In this document: piece after piece, positions 27,921 through 36,737 of the stretch
Numbering within the stretch: the first letter of the stretch is position 1
How the letters are laid out: each line of letters starts with the position of its first letter
Source of the DNA: a virus
Length of the DNA stretch: 64,000 nt
IMG/VR virus record: IMGVR_UViG_3300017991_000007
Span: 1 to 64,000 of that record
Direction: 5' to 3' (one strand)
Made by a program: the position numbers and the translations under genes
Notes under the pieces: generated by a model
Databases searched by the model: none
Told to the model about the DNA's origin: nothing
Seen by the model: only the letters and a program-made list of their open reading frames with translations

Positions 27921-28589
27921 TTAGGTAATAGTACGTCTGCCTACCCTTGGTCCTTGCGGTGCTGCGGGTGTGGGGGTCGGTGTTCTCAGCGGACCTCTCA
28001 TACCGGCTACCACTTGTCTCATATCTATTGTACCCCATTGTGAGGCGGCTGGAAATGTGCCGTCCCTATGGATATTCCGAATACGGTTATCCAGATTGTT
28101 GACCCGGTTTACTATGCGGTCATTTTGGGCTATGAGCCGTTGCCTTTGGCCCGGTGTGGTACCTCTGGCATTTGCGTTGGCAATAACCCTATCCTGTTGC
28201 TGGATAAGACGGCGGCGTTGGTTGATGAGGGTTTGGGCTTGCCTATCCCGTTGCTGGACTGCCATTTGCGTAATATTACGTCTGGTTTCATGCCCACGCT
28301 GCCTTATTCGTTGATCCGCATTCAGCCTCACACCCTCAATCGCTGTAGCGGCTCTTTGGGAGTCAACTCCCCACCTGAATATCGTTTGGGTGGGTAGTCT
28401 GGTTGCAGCAAGTTCCTTAGCAATCCTTACTTGGTTTTGCTCGCTGAGATTGGAGCGTCCTAAATCCATCATATCAAGACTGCCTAAGAGTCTTTGGTGT
28501 TCCCTAACTATGTTTTCAACGGGAGTTGGTTCTATAATAGCAACAGCCCCGCCGCCCGCTGCGCCTCCACCTGATCTGCCTTTAGCCAT
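27921..28589 (-). CDS. MAKG-leader Arg-rich protein
   Basis: MAKGRSGGGAAGGG; R/Q-rich. Confidence 0.8.
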   Translation of the reverse strand: MAKGRSGGGAAGGGAVAIIEPTPVENIVREHQRLLGSLDMMDLGRSNLSEQNQVRIAKELAATRLPTQTIFRWGVDSQRAATAIEGVRLNADQRIRQRGHETRRNITQMAVQQRDRQAQTLINQRRRLIQQQDRVIANANARGTTPGQRQRLIAQNDRIVNRVNNLDNRIRNIHRDGTFPAASQWGTIDMRQVVAGMRGPLRTPTPTPAAPQGPRVGRRTIT

Positions 28590-29239
28590 TATCTACCTCC
28601 AATAACTCGACTACGTTCTACTGCAAGACTGAGTAATTCAACACGCCGTCGCATATCGTTTTGCGCCCCTGAAAGCCTAAAGTTGCCCTCATTCCGCATG
28701 GTAGCTGCTATTTTGGTTTCGGATGCTCTTGCGGCTGCTAGTCTGCGTTCAAGTTGTGCCGTGGGAAATGTCCGGGCAAGGCCGTCCGCTATTGGTGAAT
28801 TACCCCTGAAAGGCGGTGGAATGCTCCCAATTCTTGTGCTTCTATTCCACATACTATTACTCACACCGTCTGGTATGGTTGTTAGGTTGCGTTGACGGGT
28901 TGACAGTACGCCGATTGTCTCTGCGGGCGGTCTTGCTCTTGATGGTAAAGGTCGTGATCCGCTGCCTTGAAGGGGAGCGGTTGGTGCGTGTTCTACGAGT
29001 ATGCCCCGTTGCCGTGCGCCTTGGAGTGGACCGGACTTGGAGCGTTGTGCGGCAAGCTCTCTGGTTCGCCATTCAGCTACCTGTGTGTTCATGGCTGAGA
29101 TTGCTCCCGGTGTATGTCCGGGGAACGGAAAGCGGGCCATGACTCGGTTTTCCTCATCATTGAGCATTGTGTTAATATCGTTGTTACTTAATGGGGCGGC
29201 TCCCGCTGCGGCTCCCCCTCCCGCTCTGCCTTTAGCCAT
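28589..29239 (-). CDS. MAKG-leader Arg-rich protein
   Basis: MAKGRAGGGAAAG. Confidence 0.8.
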   Translation of the reverse strand: MAKGRAGGGAAAGAAPLSNNDINTMLNDEENRVMARFPFPGHTPGAISAMNTQVAEWRTRELAAQRSKSGPLQGARQRGILVEHAPTAPLQGSGSRPLPSRARPPAETIGVLSTRQRNLTTIPDGVSNSMWNRSTRIGSIPPPFRGNSPIADGLARTFPTAQLERRLAAARASETKIAATMRNEGNFRLSGAQNDMRRRVELLSLAVERSRVIGGR

Positions 29240-29249
29240 ACTTTATCTC

Positions 29250-29765
29250 CTATTCCGGTTGAATGCGCCTTGCCGCAATCCGGTTTACGTCCCTGCGGGG
29301 AGTTGGCGGTGTTGGTGTGGTACCGGCGGGTCTATTTACTCTTTGACCTCTTAGAAACATCGTATCAGGGTTTGCGCCCCGGATTCGGATACCGGCTCTT
29401 TCCATATGCTCAAATTGTCTCTGCGTTGATCCAATGCGGGATATGCCTCCAATTGCGTTGACATATCGAATGCGGGCAACCTCTTGCTGCCCTAAAGCTC
29501 TATCCCGTGCGGCTCCGGTAAGTACGGATGCTCTTTGTTGCCGTCTGCGTATCTCATTTGCCATAGAAACGAGTCTATCAGCACTCCTAGCAGTGGACCG
29601 TAATTGGCGAATCTCATTGACGGCAAAGGCACGGTCAATCAAATCACCCCCGGTAGCATCCTGAATGGCAAGACGTAGGGCATCAATCTCATTATTAAGC
29701 TGTTCGTTGGTGATATCACCCATTCCGGCGGTTCCACCACTCCCGCCCGCACGTCCTTTAGCCAT
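29250..29765 (-). CDS. MAKG-leader Arg-rich protein
   Basis: MAKGRAGGSGG; ends RIAARRIQPE. Confidence 0.8.
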   Translation of the reverse strand: MAKGRAGGSGGTAGMGDITNEQLNNEIDALRLAIQDATGGDLIDRAFAVNEIRQLRSTARSADRLVSMANEIRRRQQRASVLTGAARDRALGQQEVARIRYVNAIGGISRIGSTQRQFEHMERAGIRIRGANPDTMFLRGQRVNRPAGTTPTPPTPRRDVNRIAARRIQPE

Positions 29766-29778
29766 TGGTTACTCCTTT

Positions 29779-30423
29779 TTACGTTGGCTCAATACGCCGT
29801 CTTGCGATTCTTTCAGCTTGTTGCCGGGTAGCTGCCCTTTGAGGTGTTTGGGTGAATAGTCGGTTGGTCGCTGCATTGGCAACGGCTTGTGCTTCCCTGC
29901 GGGATGCTCCTGCGTCCCTTGCAGCCCTGAAAGCGTCCGCTCTTACCACGTCACGGTTTGCTGCGGTGTTAGCACCAAAAGCCCGGAATGTCCGGTTGGC
30001 GGCTCTATCCGCTGCCCGGATAGCAACAGGCGGTGCGCCGGTAGCAGTTCTGGTTTGGGTGCGGCGGTCAAGGGCATTGAGAATGATCCCATTTCGGACT
30101 GAGTGTGACCGGGTAGCTCTCTGCCTCATTGGACCAATTCTTCTACCCGCAACCCTCATATCAACACTTTCTTGGACAAAATCTCTGGAAAGACGGCCAA
30201 TGGTGCGAAGGTTGGCACTGGATATGACGCTATCGGCAAGCCTATCAGCAAGGCGTTGGAGTTGGGTGACGCTGGTTACGTTCCCAAGGTCGTTAAAGCC
30301 TCCAAGTATCTGATTCACACGGTCTGTTGCCCACTCGACATTGCCAAGTCCTGCGGCTCTACCTATTGCAGCCTCAACGCCGCCGCCCCCTGCGGCCCCG
30401 CCGCCTGATCTACCCTTTGCCAT
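29779..30423 (-). CDS. MAKG-leader Arg/Ala-rich protein
   Basis: MAKGRSGGGAAGGGG; ends RIARRRIEPT. Confidence 0.8.
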   Translation of the reverse strand: MAKGRSGGGAAGGGGVEAAIGRAAGLGNVEWATDRVNQILGGFNDLGNVTSVTQLQRLADRLADSVISSANLRTIGRLSRDFVQESVDMRVAGRRIGPMRQRATRSHSVRNGIILNALDRRTQTRTATGAPPVAIRAADRAANRTFRAFGANTAANRDVVRADAFRAARDAGASRREAQAVANAATNRLFTQTPQRAATRQQAERIARRRIEPT

Positions 30424-30453
30424 GACACGCTCCTAGAGGGAGAAAGGTAACTG

Positions 30454-30630
30454 TTATCCAGTGATTCGTCTTGCGGCAATGCGAGCTACGTTAGCTGCGG
30501 TGCGGGCAATCCGTCCAACCCTTTGCCGGGTGGTTGGGGTTGCGGCTCTGGCAGGACGTACACGGACGGTCTTTTCCTTTTCGATAACAACGCCGCCCCC
30601 GGCTCCCCCGCCTTTTGCTCCTTTAGCCAT
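30454..30630 (-). CDS. 58-aa MAKG-leader basic peptide (missed by ORF track)
   Basis: AAGGAG RBS; MAKGAKGGGAGGGVVIEKEKTVRVRPARAATPTTRQRVGRIARTAANVARIAARRITG. Confidence 0.8.
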   Translation of the reverse strand: MAKGAKGGGAGGGVVIEKEKTVRVRPARAATPTTRQRVGRIARTAANVARIAARRITG

Positions 30631-30739
30631 GACTGACTCCTTATAAGTAGTGATTTGTCAAAGCACAATACAATCTGTGCGCTCTTAAAGTATAGAATAT
30701 TGGGCAAGCCGTGGCAAGCTCCTTTTGGTGGGGAAAAGG

Positions 30740-30771
30740 AAAGCCCCCTACCATACGGCAAGGGGCTTTTC
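30740..30771 (-). terminator. Terminator hairpin
   Basis: AAAGCCCC...GGGGCTTTT. Confidence 0.55.
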
Positions 30772-30785
30772 AGTGGGGTAAGCTC

Positions 30786-31244
30786 TTAGGCTTTGGCGGG
30801 GTCCGGGTACTTTGAGCCGGGTATTTTGACCTCATAGGATTTAAGGTCATTTGGCAAGTCTTTCCAATCGGGTAGGCTATTGCCAGTATCGGACCATTGC
30901 ACCCTTACGGTACCGTCCTGCATGATTGTCAGCTTATACACATAAGCCCAATCGGTATCCCTTAGACTCTCAAAGAGGTCGGTAGGATATCCACTATAAC
31001 CACTAGACCATCCTTGCGCCCAAAGTTCTGAGGTAAGCACCATCATAAGCTTACTTACCTCATTCACTATGTTGGCAGGGGGGTAGTAATCCTCATTCGA
31101 GTTGATAAGCTGAGGTATGCGCCTCTCAGCGAACCATTGCAGGAAAGCTCCCATACCCTCTAGGTATCCATCATGGTGATGATAGATAGCTTGGGGTGTG
31201 TCACCGTCATGGCTTTCGATTAAGATACAACACCGGGTACTCAT
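30786..31244 (-). CDS. Conserved phage hypothetical protein
   Basis: MSTR..I...IYHHHDGY..G.G motif; GGAGG RBS. Confidence 0.7.
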   Translation of the reverse strand: MSTRCCILIESHDGDTPQAIYHHHDGYLEGMGAFLQWFAERRIPQLINSNEDYYPPANIVNEVSKLMMVLTSELWAQGWSSGYSGYPTDLFESLRDTDWAYVYKLTIMQDGTVRVQWSDTGNSLPDWKDLPNDLKSYEVKIPGSKYPDPAKA

Positions 31245-31309
31245 ACTCTACCTCCATTGATTTGAATGTCAAAGATACACATACTATAACACTACTCTAT
31301 AGCCTTGTC

Positions 31310-32200
31310 AAGTATAAAGTGGGCAGGGCATACCCCCTATGTCACACGGCGCATAATATAAATAGAGTAGTGTGACGTGCAAACGATTGCACTCACATAG
31401 CCTATGAATCAAGGCCGGGTGGGGGTGGATCAAAGGCGGGGGGAAACCTATATTCAAGGGGTCGGGTCGCCAAGCAGTAGAGGGGTGGGGTAGTAGTACA
31501 ACACAACACACAAAGCACCTACTGTCCGTCCTCACACAACACAACATCGGGGGTACCCTATACGGTGTCCACACGTTGTCCACATTCAGCGCATCAAACC
31601 CTTGTCTAACCTTCAAATATGGACGGTAGGGGGGTACCATCATTTTTGGGTCAAAAATAAAAGTCCCTTTTCAGAAAGTAACCCTAAGCCTCATGCCGTA
31701 CAACTATAACGCACAGGACATTTTAAGTAATTAAAACAAGCACTTGCACACCCCCTCCCCCCAAAAATATAAGATACTATGAGATAAGGACACCCATTAT
31801 GGACACTATGGACATATAACCCCTGAAAAGCGGGTGGTAGGCTTGGATTTGGCTTAATTTGCCTAAAATATAAGCAGAAACGGGGGAGCTAAGGTGGTTT
31901 GTGACTATCGGTTGCACCTAAAATCTTGGGGTATGGACACTTTAATTTTCGGGGGTGTCCATATTTTTCGTTGGGGCTGACTTAGTTCCCGCCTTGTGTA
32001 TCGGAGCGGACAGTTTGCCTTTGTTTTCGCATACTTGGGGCTAAATACTTTCCACATATGGAGTTAGTCAGGGCTTTGGTGCAAAAAATATATTTCGTGG
32101 TCCACCAAATATATGTATCGTAAGTACCTGAAACAGTTAGGCTTTTTCGTTTCGAGCGTGTAAAGGGTCATCAAAAGGCTTTTTCGTGGTCCTCTTTTGC
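31310..32200. other. Long non-coding region between divergent blocks; candidate replication origin or genome terminus
   Basis: No credible ORF; repeated GGACAC/TGGACA in both orientations, CA-rich tracts, homopolymer runs. Confidence 0.45.
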
Positions 32201-32754
32201 CTTATACTCTATCTATGAACAAACCAGCATTTCAGCCGTCCCTACAACTCGCACAGGCAAGGGGCATGATCCAAGACACTCAGGGGCGGTTGTTTACCCG
32301 GATTGTCTGCCATAGCTCCAAAGCATGTAGCGGCTGTTGCCGGGAGAGTGCAAACGTGGTCCTCACCCCCGACGAACTCCCCGTCATCATGGACCTTGCC
32401 AGAATCCGAAATATTCCCACCCCGCTTGTAGAAACCAATGACGAACAGGGCTTGATTGTTATGGCCCCGCAGCATGGCCGGTGCGTTTTCTTTTCACCGA
32501 GCAAGAATACCTGTGTGATTCATAAGGACAAGCCCTTATTCTGCCAACTTTATCCGATATGGCTCACACCCAAAGGGCCAATCATCGACGTGTCCTGTCC
32601 CATAGGTGATTTCTTTCGCAATCTTCTAAGGTCAAGAGACAAGGAAATGCTCACACTACTCCAAGCCGCCCAAGACCTACTGACACTCTACCCCACGCTT
32701 GCGAGCGTCCAAACTAATGCAATCGCTTGCACTGATTCTGTTAATTCAGATTAA
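32197..32754 (+). CDS. YkgJ-family Zn/Fe-chelating Cys-cluster protein
   Basis: CSGCC...CVFF...CVIHKDKPLFCQLYP. Confidence 0.75.
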   Translation: MPYTLSMNKPAFQPSLQLAQARGMIQDTQGRLFTRIVCHSSKACSGCCRESANVVLTPDELPVIMDLARIRNIPTPLVETNDEQGLIVMAPQHGRCVFFSPSKNTCVIHKDKPLFCQLYPIWLTPKGPIIDVSCPIGDFFRNLLRSRDKEMLTLLQAAQDLLTLYPTLASVQTNAIACTDSVNSD

Positions 32755-32808
32755 TCTTGACAAGCCCTTATAGTATTGTTATATTGTGCATTGAAAGGGG
32801 GTAGCTAA

Positions 32809-33204
32809 ATGAAATTTGTATTCCATGATTCTTGTTATTACTGCGGGGATGAGGTAGAGGCTGAGTTTCACCAATATGAAGTAACCCGAATGCAAGTTGG
32901 TACGGCTCTTATGTCAAAGGGGTGGGAACAATGTATTAATGCGTCCGGGTGGGACGTATGGAAATGCCCAAAGTGCCAAAAAGCGGAAAGTGAGGCAACG
33001 GTGAAATTACTTGTAGAGTGGCAACCATATGATGAGGCACCTCAGAAAAGTCAAATTAAGGTCAAGGATAAAAACAATACCGCTGAGGTAAAGAAAGCTT
33101 TGTATGCGGATTACATGGAGTCCGGCGGGTTGTCTGAGGATGATATGGATGGATTTACCCCGGATACTTTCGTAACCATTCTGGAAATGTGGGAATTAAA
33201 GTGA
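32809..33204 (+). CDS. Zn-ribbon hypothetical protein
   Basis: CYYC...CPKC; promoter at 32757 and GGGGGTAGC RBS. Confidence 0.6.
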   Translation: MKFVFHDSCYYCGDEVEAEFHQYEVTRMQVGTALMSKGWEQCINASGWDVWKCPKCQKAESEATVKLLVEWQPYDEAPQKSQIKVKDKNNTAEVKKALYADYMESGGLSEDDMDGFTPDTFVTILEMWELK

Positions 33205-33461
33205 CGGTCAAAATCCACAACCATGAATCTTGCCCCAAGTGCGGGTATGATTTTCAGAAATTGGCAGACCCCGTGTACGTCAAAGATATGTGTCCTTTCT
33301 GCGGTTGGCCGAATAAACCGAAAGCGATAGGGGAATTTGGTAAGACGGTTTTCATGGACGGGGGTAGAGCTTTTCCTGCGGATATCCTTGAGGGTATGGC
33401 TGAGAAATACGATAAGATGGTCAATAATCCACCAATGGCTAAAGCTAAAACGATTTGTTGA
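33201..33461 (+). CDS. C-terminal-tag family protein (Zn ribbon plus scaffold/protease-like fragment)
   Basis: CPKC/CPFC; DGGRAFP..ILEGMAEKYD; ends PPMAKAKTIC. Confidence 0.6.
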   Translation: MTVKIHNHESCPKCGYDFQKLADPVYVKDMCPFCGWPNKPKAIGEFGKTVFMDGGRAFPADILEGMAEKYDKMVNNPPMAKAKTIC

Positions 33462-33471
33462 GAGGTCTTGA

Positions 33472-33765
33472 GTGTACCTGAAATTCACCGGCAAAGATAA
33501 AGGCTCTTGGAAAATTGGATCATCGGTTTTCTGCTACAAGAACGGTGACGCTTTTCCTATGGGTAAGGTCATTGCTATCCATGAAAAAGAGGTATCAGTG
33601 GGTATCCGCTTTGTGTTTACCGCTGAGATAGAGCTTGCCTATTGGGGGGAAGCTTTGAAAATGGCAGATGGTTGTGAAAAGCTTTTTGAAAACGCCGGTC
33701 AAAAAATTTGGGTGGATATTGATCCTGAATGCCCGGAAATCGCTGAGGTACGGAGCATATGCTGA
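33472..33765 (+). CDS. C-terminal-tag family protein
   Basis: Ends PEIAEVRSIC. Confidence 0.65.
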   Translation: MYLKFTGKDKGSWKIGSSVFCYKNGDAFPMGKVIAIHEKEVSVGIRFVFTAEIELAYWGEALKMADGCEKLFENAGQKIWVDIDPECPEIAEVRSIC

Positions 33766-34157
33766 CTCACAAACAGCTTATGAAAGTTGCCGGTATTCGG
33801 ACTAGGACTGAGGCGGTAGAGAAATTGGCTGAGGGTAAGATAGGGGTTGATATGGGTATCAAAAAGAGAATTCCTTGGCTGAAAATCGACACCAAGAAAT
33901 ACAAAATCCGGGCTTGGAGTGATCCTAAAACCGGAATCCCTACGAGATATAGATTCACGGTAATTGACAAGGAATTGGTTAAGGTCGTACCGGCCTCAAA
34001 GGTTTTTCTGAATAGTGTTTGTGTGCTTGATGCAATGAGCAATAGACCCGTAACCGGGGCAGATATGGAGTGGAATGCCTACTCCCCCAATAGCCCGGAC
34101 TTGGATGTAGAGATAGATTTTAGACCGCTGCTTGCTCAAGTCCGATTAATTTCTTGA
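33759..34157 (+). CDS. C-terminal-tag family protein
   Basis: Ends PLLAQVRLIS. Confidence 0.65.
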   Translation: MLTHKQLMKVAGIRTRTEAVEKLAEGKIGVDMGIKKRIPWLKIDTKKYKIRAWSDPKTGIPTRYRFTVIDKELVKVVPASKVFLNSVCVLDAMSNRPVTGADMEWNAYSPNSPDLDVEIDFRPLLAQVRLIS

Positions 34158-34188
34158 CACTCCCTAAAAGTGTTGTTATATTATAGAT

Positions 34189-34375
34189 AGTTGCCCGTGG
34201 TAGCCGATGACCGGAGAGAGGCGGGGCAAGGACCGGGGAAACTCGCTACTGCATTGATAAGACGCTTACCGATGATAGCGGTGGACGCGCTGCTTAGTGG
34301 TAAGAAATGCCCTATGTCACGGGGTAAGGTCGCAACCGGTATTATGCGACCTTCGTTTAAGCCCCCACGGGTACC
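34189..34375 (+). ncRNA. Putative ~185-nt structured RNA
   Basis: TTGACA-17-TATATT promoter; 5' GCCCGTGG pairs with 3' CCACGGGT; internal AAGGTCGCA/TGCGACCTT stem. Confidence 0.5.
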
Positions 34376-34396
34376 TTAAATTTTCATAATGGAGGT

Positions 34397-34795
34397 TTGA
34401 AAATGGATGAGCTTAAAAAGGTGCGGGATAGGCTTGCTGAAATGCTCTATGCGTTGGATGAGTTGGTTACAAACCGAGCCGGGGTTAATTCTACAATAGA
34501 TAGGAAAAATATTTCCGTTGCCGGTGTTCCAATTTTTGAAAATGCGCTTAAAGAGCCGGGGGTGGGAGCCGTTTTTATGCTTACGGATAATGAAAGCCGT
34601 TTCACTCTTTCGGAAACCGGGGAAATGCAACTGTTTTCCGATAAAAAGAGCTATGCGACAAGATGGAATAGGTTTGAAATGGCTCATTATATCAGGGTTG
34701 GAATCAAGTCTTGCTTAGAGCGTATGTGCGAAGTTGCCGGATATCCGGTCAAAGAATTCACTTTTGCTAAATTTGTGGGGAATGTAGAGGATTGA
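34397..34795 (+). CDS. Hypothetical protein
   Basis: GGAGG RBS. Confidence 0.6.
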   Translation: MKMDELKKVRDRLAEMLYALDELVTNRAGVNSTIDRKNISVAGVPIFENALKEPGVGAVFMLTDNESRFTLSETGEMQLFSDKKSYATRWNRFEMAHYIRVGIKSCLERMCEVAGYPVKEFTFAKFVGNVED

Positions 34796-34826
34796 TTTTG
34801 CGATTTAGCTGAGTTTTTAGGAGAGA

Positions 34827-35021
34827 ATGATGACGGTATGTGAAAAGAGCGATTGTCCTTATAATCTCCAAGGGGCTTGCCAAGCCGATTGGAAAGTTAT
34901 GGAAATCACCTCTGAGGGTGTTTTTTATTGTGCCACTGCAATGCAGCTTGACCGTAACGCAAACGTCAAAAGGTCACATAGCTTTGACACCCCAATTCTT
35001 GCTGAGATAGGAAAGAAATAA
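34827..35021 (+). CDS. Small Cys protein
   Basis: C....C.YN....C motif. Confidence 0.5.
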   Translation: MMTVCEKSDCPYNLQGACQADWKVMEITSEGVFYCATAMQLDRNANVKRSHSFDTPILAEIGKK

Positions 35022-35251
35022 TGAACTTTGATCCTTTGGCACTTTGGAAAGACGGTAACGGAGTCAGTACCTTAACACTGAAAAGCGGTTTGTCGGTTAT
35101 CGTTGAGCGTAAGCGTTCTCAGTGGTGGGTGTATTTGCGGAAAGGTCCGATGAAAAACGGTAGGATTTTGCTGCGGAAAGAACGTACTAAAACGGAAGCC
35201 AAAGACAAAACCTACGAATGGTTGCAAGAGGTGGGTTTGGTCTTTGGCTAG
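35021..35251 (+). CDS. Hypothetical protein
   Basis: Coupled ORF. Confidence 0.55.
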   Translation: MNFDPLALWKDGNGVSTLTLKSGLSVIVERKRSQWWVYLRKGPMKNGRILLRKERTKTEAKDKTYEWLQEVGLVFG

Positions 35252-35289
35252 GGAAGGGTAAAATTTAAGAAGATACTCAGGGGGTAGTT

Positions 35290-35718
35290 ATGGCTGAATT
35301 GAGTAAAAAAGTAAAAGCGGCGGTAGAGGAATATCAATGTTCTGGTTGCGTTGGCGGGTCGGATACGTCCTGCTATGAAGCGGCTCAATTTCATGCCGGG
35401 TGTGAGAGACACGTTGCGGGTACCATCTTTGCGCCTCATATTGGCAGCATTCTTTTAGGAATGCCTAAAGGCTTTAACCGGCTTGGACTTTTGGGAGCGA
35501 AACAACCTATCTGTATTTTCAAGACTTTTGCGGATTCATCCTACACTTTCGATAAGTACAACGTACCGGTTTGGAAAATGGTGCTTAACGGGCATACGTT
35601 TGTGCGGGGCATATCCCCCCGGATCAACATGCCTTTCATTCTGGTTTTTCTTGAGGATTGTGCGGATAAGATAGATTGCTTGGAAATTACTGAGAAAGAC
35701 CTTGAGGAAATGGATTAA
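35290..35718 (+). CDS. Conserved phage hypothetical protein
   Basis: YQCSGCV.G...LGMPKGFNRLG. Confidence 0.65.
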   Translation: MAELSKKVKAAVEEYQCSGCVGGSDTSCYEAAQFHAGCERHVAGTIFAPHIGSILLGMPKGFNRLGLLGAKQPICIFKTFADSSYTFDKYNVPVWKMVLNGHTFVRGISPRINMPFILVFLEDCADKIDCLEITEKDLEEMD

Positions 35719-35731
35719 GGGGTAGAGTTAT

Positions 35732-35805
35732 GCGCTTATAGCTCAATGGTAGAGCAAGGGACTCTAAATCCCCGTGCATAGGTTCAAATCCTATTAAGCG
35801 CACCA
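35732..35805 (+). tRNA. tRNA with CUA anticodon (amber suppressor)
   Basis: GCGCTTA/TAAGCGC acceptor stem, GCTC/GAGC D stem, anticodon loop CTCTAAA, ATAGG-TTCAAAT-CCTAT T arm, encoded CCA. Confidence 0.9.
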
Positions 35806-35823
35806 AATAGAGAGGATTACTAG

Positions 35824-36285
35824 ATGAGTAAACCGACTTGTAATATCTGCGGGCAGTTCCTAGAGACAGTTGCCCAAAAATTTGCTGGATTCTGTGATAA
35901 ATGCTGCGATGATCTACTTGATTTGCGGGAAAAGGCCAAGAACTACAAGACCACCCCGCAGGATCAGGACCAACAGCTAAAGGCGGCTGAGAATTTCATG
36001 GAGAAAACCGACAAAATCCCTATTGCCAGCATGGACCCGCTGGTAGCTGAGGCCCGCCTTGCGATTCGCAACTTTCTGGAATTCTACAATGCGGCTGTTA
36101 CCTACCCGGATGTTGTCGAGGTGCTTGAGGATGTGATAAATCAGGCTTGCACCGTGGGGGATGAGCTTGATTCGAGTGCGCTATCTGCCTATGCGGGCGG
36201 GATGCGTCTGTTGGCGAAACTCGGACGGCTGGAAATTACAAAGGAGTACGGGCGGCGGGTTATCGGAAAGTGGGTGGCAGAATGA
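35824..36285 (+). CDS. Hypothetical protein with N-terminal Zn finger
   Basis: CNIC...CDKC; GAGG RBS. Confidence 0.6.
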   Translation: MSKPTCNICGQFLETVAQKFAGFCDKCCDDLLDLREKAKNYKTTPQDQDQQLKAAENFMEKTDKIPIASMDPLVAEARLAIRNFLEFYNAAVTYPDVVEVLEDVINQACTVGDELDSSALSAYAGGMRLLAKLGRLEITKEYGRRVIGKWVAE

Positions 36286-36581
36286 GTAGAGGCAAACATG
36301 ATCCGAAACAAGATTTTCCTAAATCTGCTACTCCCTTGCCAAAACCTAAAGATGAGCAAGTGGATTGGGATGCCTTGGTTGATGAGGTTGCTGCCAAGAT
36401 GAGGGAGTTTGTTAATGCCGGTCTGCTAAAGCCTACCCCTATGATTGACTGCGGGGAGTATTGGATTATCCCCCACGAAAACGGGGAGTGGGTTGACTCT
36501 GAGGGTCGGTTATTGATTCGTTGGAAAAAGCCGGTAGAGTATATCACCATGACGGTTATGATAGGTGGGGATGGTGAATAG
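36282..36581 (+). CDS. Tail-sheath C-terminal-domain-like fragment
   Basis: W..LVDEV...MREFV.AG.L ... KPVEYITMTV. Confidence 0.45.
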   Translation: MSRGKHDPKQDFPKSATPLPKPKDEQVDWDALVDEVAAKMREFVNAGLLKPTPMIDCGEYWIIPHENGEWVDSEGRLLIRWKKPVEYITMTVMIGGDGE

Positions 36582-36737
36582 TCTCATAGCTGTATTGATC
36601 ATAATTGCCGGGTGGGTTTTAGGTGTTTGGGCATTCGTCATTATCCCCTTGCAGATTTACGCCGGGGTAGATTGGAAAACCAACCCCTTTAAGGCGATTG
36701 AAAAGCAGTGGGATGAGGATAGAAAGCGATACAAGGA

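Noticed and set aside
28816-30408. + strand ORFs over the MAKG array
   Set aside because: The minus-strand genes have RBSs, shared leaders and operon packing; the + strand ORFs are artefacts of GC-rich codons.
35732-35805. Pyrrolysine tRNA
   Set aside because: It has a canonical D loop (GG), TTC T loop, 2-nt linker and 4-nt variable region, and no pyl genes are seen.
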